A DNA stretch of 53,949 nucleotides from an uncultured bacterium (GTDB lineage: Bacteria > Gemmatimonadota > Gemmatimonadetes > Palauibacterales > Palauibacteraceae): NCBI GenBank assembly GCA_965364445.1, contig CBDTXM010000001.1, positions 1-53,949 of the forward strand, given 5' to 3'. Of this stretch, positions 38,117-47,561 are shown piece after piece (the first letter of the stretch is position 1; each line of letters begins with the position of its first letter). Both the position numbers and the translations under genes were made by a program. The notes below the pieces were generated by a model that was not told the DNA's origin, made no database searches, and saw only the letters and a program-made list of their open reading frames with translations.

Positions 38117-40956
38117 GCGGGCGATCGGGACCCGGGACCGGTGCGGCAGCGGACCGGATCGTCGTCCGGGGCGCTCGCGAGCACAACCTGCGGAACATCG
38201 ACGTCGAGATCCCGCGCAACTCGCTGACCGTCGTCACCGGACTCTCCGGATCGGGCAAGTCCTCGCTCGCCTTCGACACGATTTACGCCGAGGGGCAGCG
38301 AAGATACGTGGAATCGCTCTCCGCCTACGCCCGGCAGTTTCTCGGGGTCATGGAGAAGCCGGACGTGGACCGGATCGAGGGGCTCTCGCCCGCGATCGCG
38401 ATCGAGCAGCGCGGTTCGAGCAGAAACCCGCGAAGCACGGTCGGCACGGTCACCGAGGTCTACGATTACCTTCGACTTCTCTGGGCTCGCACCGGAACGC
38501 CACACTGTCCCTCGTGCGGGCGCCCGGTCCGACGGCAGTCGGCCACACAGATCGCCGCGCAGGTCGCCGGCTGGCCCGAGGGCATCCGCGCGGAGGTCCT
38601 CGCGCCGCTGGTGCAGGGACGGAAGGGCGAATTCCGGGAGCTGTTTGAAGAAGCGCTCCAGGAGGGGTTCGTCCGGGCCCGGGTTGACGGGGAGCTGATC
38701 GATCTGAGCGATCCCCCGAAGCTCAACCGCCGGGTGAACCACGACATCGCGGTGGTGGTCGACCGGCTGGTGGTCCGCCCCGACGAGCGGGCCCGGATCG
38801 CGGAGTCCGTAGAGACCGCTCTCCGGATGGCCGGCGGCACCGTCGAGGTGCGGAGCTACGCCGACGCTGCGGACGTCGAAGGGGAAGCGCACCTGTTCAG
38901 CGAGAAATACGCCTGTGCCAGCTGCGGGATCAACATCCCCGAGCTGGAGCCCCGGCAGTTCTCGTTCAACTCTCCCTACGGCGCCTGCCCGGACTGCGAC
39001 GGACTCGGGATCCGGCTCGAACCGAATCCAGAGCTGATTCTCGGGGATGCCCGTCTGTCGGTGCTCGAAGGGGTGATACTCCCCTGGGGCGGGCCGACCG
39101 GACGCCTTCGACGCATCACCCTTCCCGCCGTGGCCGAGGCGCACGGCTTCGACCTGAATACGTCGTGGGGTGAACTCGGGGATGCGGCACGAGAGGCACT
39201 GCTCACCGGCGATCCCGATCTGGAGTGGGAAGGCGTGCTCGAGAACGTCCGCCGCCTCTATCACGAGACGGACAGCGAGACCCTGCACCGGCAGCTGCAC
39301 GAATACATGACCGCCCGGGTCTGCCCGACCTGCGAGGGCGGTCGTCTCCGGGCGGAGAGCCGGGCAGTGACGGTGGCGGAGGTCAGACTCGCAGAGGTCG
39401 TCGAAGCGCCGGTGGAAGAGGCTCTCGCCCTCTTCGAACGCCTGCGCGATGACCCCGTATCCGCCTCCCTCGATGCAGACATCGCGCTCCCGATTCTCAA
39501 GGAGGTCTGCGACCGGCTGGGGTTCATGACCCGGGTCGGGCTCGGATACCTGACACTGGGTCGCTCTGCGGATACGCTCGCCGGTGGCGAGGCACAGAGG
39601 ATCCGGCTGGCGACGCAGATCGGCAGCCGGCTGGTCGGGGTGCTCTACGTCCTGGACGAGCCGAGCATCGGGCTGCACCCCAGGGACAATCGCCGCCTGC
39701 TGGGCACCCTCGAGAGCCTGCGGGACCTCGGAAATACGGTCCTGGTGGTGGAGCATGACGAGGAGACGGTGCGCGCGGCCGATCACGTCGTCGACCTCGG
39801 CCCCGGTGCGGGTCGGCGAGGCGGTCGAGTGCTCGTCTCCGGCACGGTGGACGACCTGCTCGCTTCCGACGATTCACTCACCGCGGCCTATCTGCGGGGG
39901 GACCGTCAGATCCCGGTTCCGGAGGTCCGCAGGCCGGGTCGAGAGGGCGAGGAGCTGACGATCTACGGCGCCCGGGAGCACAATCTCCGCGGCGTGGACG
40001 TCCGCTTTCCGCTCGGCACCTTCATCGCCATCACCGGCGTGTCGGGCTCGGGAAAGTCCACCCTCGTGGAGGAGATCCTCTACCGCCGGCTCGCCAGGGA
40101 GCTGCACCGGGCGCGGTCCATGCCCGGCGCGCACGACCGAATCGAGGGAATCGAACGAATCGACAAGGTGATCGACGTCGATCAGAGCCCGATCGGCAGG
40201 ACTCCCCGGTCGAATCCCGCCACGTACACGGGCGTGTTCACCCCGATCCGGGATCTGTACAGCAAGCTGCCCGAGTCGCGGATCCGCGGTTACCGGCCCG
40301 GTCGATTCAGCTTCAACGTGAAGGGCGGTCGCTGCGAGGCGTGCCGCGGCGACGGCCTCGTGAAGATCGAGATGCACTTTCTGCCCGACGTCTACGTTCC
40401 GTGCGATGTCTGCCGGGGCAGGCGATACAATCGCGAGACCCTCGAGATTCTCTGGAAGGGGCGAAGCATCGCCGACGTGCTGGAGATGACGGTCGCCGAG
40501 GCGCGGGAGTTCTTCGACGCCGTTCCGACGTTGCGCACGAAGCTGCAGACGCTGTGTGACGTGGGACTCGGCTACATTACCCTGGGCCAGTCGGCGACCA
40601 CGTTGTCGGGTGGCGAGGCGCAGCGGGTGAAACTGGCCTCGGAGCTGGCCAAGCGGAGCACCGGGCGGACGCTGTACATCCTGGACGAGCCCACCACCGG
40701 TCTCCACTTCGAGGACATCCGGATCCTCCTCGAGGTTCTGCACCGACTGGTGGACAAGGGGAACACGGTGCTGGTCATCGAGCACCACCTGGACGTGATC
40801 AAGACCGCGGACTGGATCGTGGACCTGGGTCCGGAGGGCGGCACGGGGGGAGGCGAGGTCGTGGTTGCGGGTACGCCGGAAGACGTAGCCGCGCATGAAG
40901 GCAGCCATACCGGCCGGTTCCTTCGGGAGTCTCTGGCGGCGGCATCGGGTCGCTGA
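38113..40956 (+). CDS. uvrA: Excinuclease ABC subunit UvrA
   Basis: GTG 38113 overlaps the lys[54 protein letters not shown], zinc modules, and a second ATPase [11 protein letters not shown]. Confidence 0.97.
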   Translation: MSGRSGPGTGAAADRIVVRGAREHNLRNIDVEIPRNSLTVVTGLSGSGKSSLAFDTIYAEGQRRYVESLSAYARQFLGVMEKPDVDRIEGLSPAIAIEQRGSSRNPRSTVGTVTEVYDYLRLLWARTGTPHCPSCGRPVRRQSATQIAAQVAGWPEGIRAEVLAPLVQGRKGEFRELFEEALQEGFVRARVDGELIDLSDPPKLNRRVNHDIAVVVDRLVVRPDERARIAESVETALRMAGGTVEVRSYADAADVEGEAHLFSEKYACASCGINIPELEPRQFSFNSPYGACPDCDGLGIRLEPNPELILGDARLSVLEGVILPWGGPTGRLRRITLPAVAEAHGFDLNTSWGELGDAAREALLTGDPDLEWEGVLENVRRLYHETDSETLHRQLHEYMTARVCPTCEGGRLRAESRAVTVAEVRLAEVVEAPVEEALALFERLRDDPVSASLDADIALPILKEVCDRLGFMTRVGLGYLTLGRSADTLAGGEAQRIRLATQIGSRLVGVLYVLDEPSIGLHPRDNRRLLGTLESLRDLGNTVLVVEHDEETVRAADHVVDLGPGAGRRGGRVLVSGTVDDLLASDDSLTAAYLRGDRQIPVPEVRRPGREGEELTIYGAREHNLRGVDVRFPLGTFIAITGVSGSGKSTLVEEILYRRLARELHRARSMPGAHDRIEGIERIDKVIDVDQSPIGRTPRSNPATYTGVFTPIRDLYSKLPESRIRGYRPGRFSFNVKGGRCEACRGDGLVKIEMHFLPDVYVPCDVCRGRRYNRETLEILWKGRSIADVLEMTVAEAREFFDAVPTLRTKLQTLCDVGLGYITLGQSATTLSGGEAQRVKLASELAKRSTGRTLYILDEPTTGLHFEDIRILLEVLHRLVDKGNTVLVIEHHLDVIKTADWIVDLGPEGGTGGGEVVVAGTPEDVAAHEGSHTGRFLRESLAAASGR

Positions 40957-41123
40957 TTCGAGTCGCGGACGGCGGGATGGCGTTGATTCACCGGCCGGAC
41001 TGACGTTACGATTCGGGCCGGAGTCGGTGAGGAAGGGAGCCCCCACCTGAAACTCCGGGCCTGCCGGTCGCGTAGGACGGAACGACACGAGGGCCTGGAT
41101 CGGAACGTTCGCAACGGAAGCCG

Positions 41124-41393
41124 ATGACCCCGATAGTCTGGATCCTGGTAGTGATGTTCGTGGTGGTACCGGTGGCGGCGGCCGTGGCCAAGCGCATCGA
41201 AGCCGGACCCGCTCGACCGATGGCGATTCCCGATGCCGCTGACCCGGAGCGGATCGCACAGATCGAAGGACAGATCGACGCTCTCGTGGAGCAAGTACAG
41301 GTACTGGCGGAGCACCAGGAGTTTCTGACCCGGCTGCTCGAGGAAAACACGGAGAGCCGACGGGCCGCCCTTACAGAGGATGGAGACCGATGA
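41124..41393 (+). CDS. Small single-pass membrane protein with cytoplasmic coiled coil (PspB-like architecture; hypothetical)
   Basis: 89 aa. N-terminal TM IVWILVVMFVVVPVAAAVA, then the heptad-like segment RIAQIEGQIDALVEQVQVLAEHQEFLTRLLEE. The stop overlaps the next ATG (ATGA). The similarity to PspB is architectural only. Confidence 0.6.
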   Translation: MTPIVWILVVMFVVVPVAAAVAKRIEAGPARPMAIPDAADPERIAQIEGQIDALVEQVQVLAEHQEFLTRLLEENTESRRAALTEDGDR

Positions 41394-41782
41394 TCAGTCG
41401 CGAAGACCTCGAGAGCTTCCTGATCCGCACGGAGATGGAATACGAGGAGATCGGCGAGAATCTCTGGATCGTGGACCCGCCCGGAGGGACGGCGACCGGG
41501 GAACCGGCAGTGGTTCTCTCCTACTCGCCGCCCCTCGTCGTATTCAGGGCGAAGATCGGATCGGTGCCCGAGGGCACCGAAGACAGGCTGAAGCTGTACG
41601 AACAGTTGCTGAATCTGAACGCCACGGATCTGGTGCACGGAGCCTACGGCCTCGAGGAGGGCGACGTCATCCTCACCGACGCACTGGAGATCGAGAATCT
41701 CGACTACTCGGAGTTCCTGGCGTCGCTGGAGAGCCTTGCGCTCGCCGTGACCTCGCACAGACACACACTCGGACTGGACTGA
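41390..41782 (+). CDS. YbjN-like / type III chaperone-fold family protein (hypothetical)
   Basis: 130 aa. Pattern LESFL...W.V......VVL.Y.PP..VFRAKI......L.LYEQLLNLNATDLVHGAYGLEEGDVILTDAL.IENLDYSEF, as in YbjN-type proteins. Recognised from memory of the family pattern only. Confidence 0.6.
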   Translation: MISREDLESFLIRTEMEYEEIGENLWIVDPPGGTATGEPAVVLSYSPPLVVFRAKIGSVPEGTEDRLKLYEQLLNLNATDLVHGAYGLEEGDVILTDALEIENLDYSEFLASLESLALAVTSHRHTLGLD

Positions 41783-41789
41783 CAGGGCC

Positions 41790-42683
41790 ATGGGTCTCTT
41801 TGAACGGCTGTCCCGGCTTCTAAGGTCGAACATCAACGACCTGATCGCGAAAGCGGAGAATCCGGAAAAGATGCTCGTACAGGTCATCGAGGACATGCGT
41901 CGCCAGCTCGCGCAGGCGAAGCAGGAAGTCGCGATGGCCATCGCGGACGAACGCCGCCTGAGGTCGCAGGTGGAGCAGGAACGGAAGGAGGCGCAGAACT
42001 GGGAGCGCCGGGCGAGGCTCGCGATCGGCCAGGAGCGGGACGATCTGGCCAAACAGGCACTGATGCGCGGGCAGGAGCACGCCCGGCACGCCGCCGAGCT
42101 CGAGGAGCAGTGGCTCCGCCACCGGGAGGAGACCGAGCGGCTCAAAGACTCCCTGCGTCAGCTCAATGCCAAGATCGAGGAAGCGAAGCGGAAGAAGAAC
42201 CTGCTGATCGCCAAGCAGAAGCGGGCACAGGCCCAGAAGCGCATTCACGAAACGATGGCCGGCCTGCAGGACAAGAGCGCTTTCCGAGCCTTCGATCAGA
42301 TGGTCGAAAAGATCGAGGAGACCGAACGCCGGGCGCTGGCCTCAGCCGAGGTCACCGAGGATCTGCAGGGAGACAGCCTCGAAGCCGAGTTCGCCATGCT
42401 CGAAGTTGGCGGCGAGTCCGATGTCGAGGACAAGCTGCTGGCGCTGAAGCGGGACATGGGCCTGCTCGCGGCGGCCGAGCCGGAGGAGCCGAAGGCGCTC
42501 GAGGCAGGCGATCCGCCCGAGGTCGCCGAGGCCGAGGCCGAGCTGGTGGAAGCCGAGATGCTGGACGCGGAGCTCGTCGCGGAGCTGGAGGCGATCGAGG
42601 CGGAATCGGGGTCGTCCGCCGCGGGAAGCGAGGACGAAACCCGGGCCGAGGACGAAGAGAAGGAAGGCCGCGACAAGGGCTGA
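41790..42683 (+). CDS. pspA: PspA/IM30 family membrane-stress protein with acidic C-terminal tail
   Basis: MGLFERLSRLLRSNINDLIAKAENPEKMLVQVIEDMRRQLAQAKQEVA is the canonical PspA/Vipp1 N-terminus. A long coiled coil follows, then a Glu/Ala-rich tail of about 80 aa. Confidence 0.9.
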   Translation: MGLFERLSRLLRSNINDLIAKAENPEKMLVQVIEDMRRQLAQAKQEVAMAIADERRLRSQVEQERKEAQNWERRARLAIGQERDDLAKQALMRGQEHARHAAELEEQWLRHREETERLKDSLRQLNAKIEEAKRKKNLLIAKQKRAQAQKRIHETMAGLQDKSAFRAFDQMVEKIEETERRALASAEVTEDLQGDSLEAEFAMLEVGGESDVEDKLLALKRDMGLLAAAEPEEPKALEAGDPPEVAEAEAELVEAEMLDAELVAELEAIEAESGSSAAGSEDETRAEDEEKEGRDKG

Positions 42684-42725
42684 GTCAGGCGGGCCGGGTC
42701 CCTTTGGCTGGGTTCGGCTCGTGGC

Positions 42726-43376
42726 TCAGTCGATCCCCAGGTACTTATGGGTCTGAAGGCTCAGCTTCCACTGCGGATGCTCCAGACAGTACGCCACGGC
42801 CAGCCGCGTATTCCGTTCCCGGTCGGGCCCGTCCATCGGCTGAAGGAAGAACTGGTCGAAATCGAGCCGTTCGAACTGCTCGGGGCTGGCTTCCGCCTGC
42901 GGAAAGACGAGCTTCAGTTCGTGACCCCGCCTGACTTCCAGGGGCACTCCGGCCTTTGGACTCACGCAGATCCAGTCGATTCCTTCCGGCGGCTTCACCG
43001 TTCCGTTGGTCTCGACTGCGACCTCGAATCCGACCTCGTGAAGTGCCTCGACGGCGGCTTCGTCGAGCTGCAGCAGCGGTTCTCCTCCCGTGCAGACGAC
43101 GAGCGGTTTCTGTCCCGGCCGGATCGCCCGGGTGTCGCCCGGCCACGCGGTCGCGACGGCCGCCGCGAGGATCGCCGCCGTAGCGAACTTGCCGCCGCCC
43201 GGTCCGTCCGTCCCCACGAAATTGGTGTCGCAGAACGGGCAGAGGGCCGTGCTCCGGTCCTTCTCGTGTCCGGACCAGAGGTTACACCCGGCAAAACGAC
43301 AGAACACGGCGGGCCTGCCGGTATTGAAGCCTTCTCCCTGCAGGGTGTAGTAGATCTCTTTTACGGAGTATGCCAT
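42726..43376 (-). CDS. queE: 7-carboxy-7-deazaguanine synthase QueE (radical SAM, Cx14Cx2C variant)
   Basis: MAYSVKEIYYTLQGEGFNTGRPAVFCRFAGCNLWSGHEKDRSTALCPFCDT. The cysteine spacing is C-x14-C-x2-C. The track start at 43514 overlaps the upstream gene; ATG 43376 was chosen. Confidence 0.88.
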   Translation of the reverse strand: MAYSVKEIYYTLQGEGFNTGRPAVFCRFAGCNLWSGHEKDRSTALCPFCDTNFVGTDGPGGGKFATAAILAAAVATAWPGDTRAIRPGQKPLVVCTGGEPLLQLDEAAVEALHEVGFEVAVETNGTVKPPEGIDWICVSPKAGVPLEVRRGHELKLVFPQAEASPEQFERLDFDQFFLQPMDGPDRERNTRLAVAYCLEHPQWKLSLQTHKYLGID

Positions 43377-43404
43377 CGGCGGGCTCCGTCCGTTGCGACT
43401 CGAA

Positions 43405-44289
43405 TCAGGATCCGCCCTCGAAGTCATGCTCGAGGAGCGCTCGAAATCGGTCCGCCAGGTCTCTGTTGGAGGCAACGAACCCTCCCGGGGCAATCCGCTG
43501 ACGGGTGACGGCATCCGGATCGCCGCCCGACCGCCCTGGCACCTCCAGCGGCTCGAAGGTCCCGCCCGATTCCCGGACGATCAATGCACCCGCCGCCACA
43601 TCCCAGGGCATCAGCCAGTACTCGAAGAAGGCGTCCAGGCGTCCGCAGGCCAGATCGCAGAGGTCCAGAGCGGCGGCACCTGCCCGGCGGATGCCGCTCG
43701 TCCGGCGCAGCACGCGCTCGAAGGTCGCGAGATAGGCCGGAATCATCTCGAGCTTCTTGAACGGGAATCCGGTGCCGACGAGTGCGTGCTCGAGCCGGGC
43801 GACACGGGAGACCTCGATCGACGCTCCGTCCCGGGTCGCTCCACCGCCGCGGATCGCCTCGAATCGTTCTCCGATCGCCGAGTTGAGCACGAGTCCCACG
43901 ACCAGGCCCTCTCCATCCTCCGCGGCAATCGACACGGCATACTCCGGATATCCGTGCAGCCAGTTCGTCGTCCCGTCCAGCGGGTCGATGATCCAGCGGA
44001 TCCGTTCGTCTCCGGCTCCGGGACCGGAACGAGGTCGGGCGGAGTCCGGGAGCTCTTCGCCCGTCCCTTCCTCGGCGAGGATCTCGTGGTTCGGGAATTC
44101 GGCGTGGATGATCTCGACGATCCGGCGCTCCGCTTCGACATCCACCTCGGTGACGAAGTCCGACCGGCCTTTCTCACCCCAGCTCGACGGGTCGATCCGA
44201 CCCCGTCCCTCGCGGTGCGCTTCCGCCGCCGCGTCGGCGGCCCGGCGCGCGACGTCGAGGAAAACTGCTGGATCCGGAGTCTGGCTCAC
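43405..44289 (-). CDS. suhB: Inositol monophosphatase family protein (SuhB-like)
   Basis: Motifs ILAEEG, WIIDPLDGTTNW, and WDVAAG. Confidence 0.9.
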   Translation of the reverse strand: MSQTPDPAVFLDVARRAADAAAEAHREGRGRIDPSSWGEKGRSDFVTEVDVEAERRIVEIIHAEFPNHEILAEEGTGEELPDSARPRSGPGAGDERIRWIIDPLDGTTNWLHGYPEYAVSIAAEDGEGLVVGLVLNSAIGERFEAIRGGGATRDGASIEVSRVARLEHALVGTGFPFKKLEMIPAYLATFERVLRRTSGIRRAGAAALDLCDLACGRLDAFFEYWLMPWDVAAGALIVRESGGTFEPLEVPGRSGGDPDAVTRQRIAPGGFVASNRDLADRFRALLEHDFEGGS

Positions 44290-44316
44290 GCGGTACTCGC
44301 TTGCTCGGGTTCAGGG

Positions 44317-44365
44317 CGTCCGGCTACCTTGGCCGCGACCGTCGATCGGCCCCAGAGGCCGGACG
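44317..44365 (+). promoter_or_regulatory. Nested stem-loop in the suhB/trpS divergent intergenic region
   Basis: Read directly. The outer stem is CGTCCGGC (44317-44324) / GCCGGACG (44358-44365). The inner stem is GGCCG (44331-44335) / CGGCC (44347-44351). It ends 47 nt before the trpS ATG. Confidence 0.25.
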
Positions 44366-44411
44366 CAGACACGCGATCCGTCGCATCCAGAACTCCGAGA
44401 CGATCCCACGA

Positions 44412-45398
44412 ATGACCCGCGTATTCAGCGGCATCCAGCCCTCGGGCGACCTCCACCTGGGGAACTACCTCGGCGCGATCCAGAACTGGGTCGAGCTGAC
44501 CGACAGGTACGAGTGCATCTACTCGATCGTGGACCTGCACGCCATAACGGTACCCTACCAACCCGGGGCGCTGAAGCAGCGCGTATTCGACATGGCGGTG
44601 GGTCTGCTGGCCGCCGGCCTCGATCCCGAAAGATGCACGCTGTTCGTGCAGTCGGCGGTACCCGAGCATGCGCAGCTCGAATGGTTGCTGAACACGGTCA
44701 CGCCGTTGGGCGAGCTGAGCCGGATGACGCAGTTCAAGGACAAGTCGGAACGTGCCGAGATGGTCAGCGCCGGCCTGCTGAACTACCCGATCCTCCAGGC
44801 GGCCGACATCCTGCTGTACCACGCCGAGCTGGTTCCGGTCGGTGACGATCAGCTGCAGCACCTCGAATTCACCCGGGAAATCGCGCGGAAATGGAACTCG
44901 CGATTCGGGGAGTACTTCCCGGAGCCGCAGCCGATGATCGGTGGAGGAAAGCGGATCCGGGGTCTGGATGGCGTTTCGAAGATGTCGAAGTCGCGGGACA
45001 ACACGATCCCGATGCTGGGCGAGCCCGAGGACACCTGGGCCGCGGTTCGGACGGCCGTGACCGATCCGGCAAGGGTTCGAAAGAACGATCCGGGCAACCC
45101 CCACGTCTGCAACGTCTTCGCGCTGCACGAGTTCTTCACCGATCCGGAGGAGCGCGAAGAGATCGAGGTCCGGTGCCAGACGGCGACGATCGGCTGCGTG
45201 GACTGCAAGCGGATGCTGTCCGATGGGATTTCCGGGCTGCTCGCCCCGATACGGGAGCGGGCCCGTGACCTCAGGTCCAATCCGGACCGCGTGCACGAGA
45301 TCCTTGCCGACGGGGCCGCTCGCGCGAGGCAGATCGCGCGCGTGACGCTCGGCGAGGTGTACGATCGAATGGGCCTGGACGATTCGGCGAATGACTGA
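44412..45398 (+). CDS. trpS: Tryptophan--tRNA ligase
   Basis: MTRVFSGIQPSGDLHLGNYLG (HIGH-type motif) and KMSKS present (SKMSKSRDN). About 328 aa. Confidence 0.95.
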   Translation: MTRVFSGIQPSGDLHLGNYLGAIQNWVELTDRYECIYSIVDLHAITVPYQPGALKQRVFDMAVGLLAAGLDPERCTLFVQSAVPEHAQLEWLLNTVTPLGELSRMTQFKDKSERAEMVSAGLLNYPILQAADILLYHAELVPVGDDQLQHLEFTREIARKWNSRFGEYFPEPQPMIGGGKRIRGLDGVSKMSKSRDNTIPMLGEPEDTWAAVRTAVTDPARVRKNDPGNPHVCNVFALHEFFTDPEEREEIEVRCQTATIGCVDCKRMLSDGISGLLAPIRERARDLRSNPDRVHEILADGAARARQIARVTLGEVYDRMGLDDSAND

Positions 45399-46443
45399 GT
45401 CGGACGGATCGCGCCGCACCCTCCTCATCTGGATGCATTCGGACCGATTCCCCGCCTGGCGGATCCCCGACACACTGGTAGAGAGGCTGGCGGAGGACGG
45501 TGGCGACGAGTGGGCGGTGCGGTCGATCCGAGTCTCGGCCGACGCCGGCGGGGACGGGCCCGACAGGGCGCCAGAATCGGTAGTCGCGGCGATCGGCGGC
45601 GCCGAGGTCTATTTCGGCTACGGGATTACCGGCGAGCTGCTGGATTCGGCCACCGACCTACGCTGGTTTCACTCCGGAGCCGCGGGCGTGGGCGGCAGCC
45701 TCAAGGCGGGGATGCGCGAGCGGGGCGTAGAGATGACCAACTCCGCCGGGATCTACGCGGATCCACTGGCCGAGTGGGCGATCGGCGCGATGCTGCATTT
45801 TTCCCGTGGATTCGACATCGCCGTGCGGGCGATGCGGTCGGGCGAGTGGCCCTACGAGGCACTGGCCGGAGCGTCGAGCCCGCTTCGGGAACTCACGGGG
45901 AGCACGGCCGCGATCATCGGATACGGCGGGATCGGGCGGGCAATCGGGATGCGCGCGAAAGCTCTTGGCATGAGGGTGGTCGCGCTGCGCGCCCGTCCCG
46001 GACGGGCGCTGCTTCCCGAGGTAGACCTCGAGCTCGGACCGGACGGCCTTCACGAGGCTCTCGGCGGTGCAGACTACGTGGTGCTGGCGGTACCCGAGAC
46101 CGACGAGACACGGCACCTGATCGGACGGGAAGAACTGGCCGCCATGCGCCAGGGTGCCGTCTTGATGAACCTCTCCCGGGGTGGCATCGTGGACGAGGCG
46201 GCGCTCTCCGAAGCCCTGGGCAACGGAGCTCTCCGCGGGGCGGCGCTCGACGTGTTCCGGACCGAGCCGCTTCCTCCCGACAGCCCTCTCCGCGAGCATG
46301 GCAACGTCCTGTTCACGCCGCACGCGGGGTCGATCAGTCCCCGCTACTGGGACCGGCAGGGTGCGCTGATGCGCCGGAATTTCGCGAATTGGCGGGCGGG
46401 TGAACCGCTCGTGAACCAGGTCGACAAGGAGCGCGGCTACTAG
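45391..46443 (+). CDS. D-isomer-specific 2-hydroxyacid dehydrogenase family protein (NAD-binding)
   Basis: Rossmann motif IIGYGGIGRAIG, LLPEVD...ADYVVLAVPET, RGGIVDE, and LFTPHAG. 8-nt overlap with trpS. Confidence 0.85.
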   Translation: MTESDGSRRTLLIWMHSDRFPAWRIPDTLVERLAEDGGDEWAVRSIRVSADAGGDGPDRAPESVVAAIGGAEVYFGYGITGELLDSATDLRWFHSGAAGVGGSLKAGMRERGVEMTNSAGIYADPLAEWAIGAMLHFSRGFDIAVRAMRSGEWPYEALAGASSPLRELTGSTAAIIGYGGIGRAIGMRAKALGMRVVALRARPGRALLPEVDLELGPDGLHEALGGADYVVLAVPETDETRHLIGREELAAMRQGAVLMNLSRGGIVDEAALSEALGNGALRGAALDVFRTEPLPPDSPLREHGNVLFTPHAGSISPRYWDRQGALMRRNFANWRAGEPLVNQVDKERGY

Positions 46444-47561
46444 TGCAGCGACTCGTCAAGGCGGCCGTGGACCGTGGCGCGAGCGTCCTCCACATCAAGG
46501 CGGGAGACGTATTCCGGGCGCGTATCGACGGCGACGTCGTGAAGCTGTCGAGCCAGGTGTTCACACCCGACGAGACGCGGAAGATCGCACTGCAGCTCAT
46601 CCCGACCGAGCGCGACCGGGAACGCATCGATCAGCTCACCGACTACGATACCTCGTGGGAGCTCGCCGGCGTCGGCCGATTCCGGATCAACATTCTCCGG
46701 CAACGGGGGGCGCACATGATCGTCATGCGCGTGATCCCCTGGAGCGTCCCCACCCTCGAGGACCTCTACCTGCCGCCCGTGCTCGCCGAGATCGCCGAAC
46801 TGAAGCACGGCCTGGTGATCGTCACAGGCGCCGTCGGATCGGGAAAGAGTACCACGCAGGCCGCGATGATCGGGCGGATCAACCAGCGTCAGAAGAAGCA
46901 CATCGTCACCCTGGAAGATCCGATCGAGTACCTGCACGACGATGATCAGAGCACGATCACGCAGCGCGAGGTCGGCGTAGACACCGATTCCTTCCGAAGC
47001 GGGCTGCGCGCCGCTCTGCGACAGGATGCGGACGTGATCCTGATCGGGGAGATGCGGGACCGCGAGACGATGGAAACCGCGATCCGGGCAGCCGAATTGG
47101 GCCAGCTGGTGATCGCCACCCTGCACTCGCCCTCGGCCCTCGGTGCGTTGAGCCAGATGATTACCGTGTTTCCCGAGGATGAGCGCGAGATCGGTCGGAT
47201 GCGGGTGGCCGATACCCTGCGCGCGGTTATCGCGCAGAAACTCCTGCCGCGAAAGGACTCGGACCGACTGATTCCTGCCGTGGAGGTCGTGCGAATCACG
47301 GGGGCCGTGCGCGACTGCATCCTGCACGGGAAGCCGAGCGAGGAGATTCTCGAGCTTACGGAGCAGGGAAGCGCCGCCTACGGAACGCAGACCTTTCAGC
47401 AGCACCTCGAGAGCCTGGTCGAAATGGACCTCGTGGACTACGAAGTGGCAAAGGCGGCGGCGACCAGTCCGAGTGACTTCGAGCTCATCATGCAGACGCT
47501 TTCCGACGAACGGGGCCGGCTGGGCGAGGTCCCGGCAGCGGGTGAGGAGCGGGGCGCATGA
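46443..47561 (+). CDS. pilT: Type IV pilus retraction ATPase PilT family
   Basis: Walker A GAVGSGKSTT, Asp box TLEDPIEY, Walker B DVILIGEMRD, and His box ATLHS. GTG start shares 1 nt with the upstream TAG. Confidence 0.88.
   Translation: MQRLVKAAVDRGASVLHIKAGDVFRARIDGDVVKLSSQVFTPDETRKIALQLIPTERDRERIDQLTDYDTSWELAGVGRFRINILRQRGAHMIVMRVIPWSVPTLEDLYLPPVLAEIAELKHGLVIVTGAVGSGKSTTQAAMIGRINQRQKKHIVTLEDPIEYLHDDDQSTITQREVGVDTDSFRSGLRAALRQDADVILIGEMRDRETMETAIRAAELGQLVIATLHSPSALGALSQMITVFPEDEREIGRMRVADTLRAVIAQKLLPRKDSDRLIPAVEVVRITGAVRDCILHGKPSEEILELTEQGSAAYGTQTFQQHLESLVEMDLVDYEVAKAAATSPSDFELIMQTLSDERGRLGEVPAAGEERGA

Noticed and set aside
40983-41012. Sigma-70-like promoter TTGATT-N18-TACGAT upstream of the psp cluster
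   Set aside because: It matches only 4/6 in each hexamer and has an 18-nt spacer. That is too weak to call without transcript data, so it is mentioned only as a place to look.
41096-41113. Sigma-54 type promoter (TGG...GC) upstream of the psp cluster
   Set aside because: TGGATCGGAACGTTCGCA has a GG-to-GC spacing of 12 rather than 10. It sits only about 10 nt from the start codon, and no PspF-like activator is nearby.
42693-42718. Hairpin between convergent pspA and queE as a bidirectional terminator
   Set aside because: The 9-bp stem relies on three G-U wobbles, which become C-A mismatches on the opposite strand, and there is no U-tract. It is too weak to annotate.
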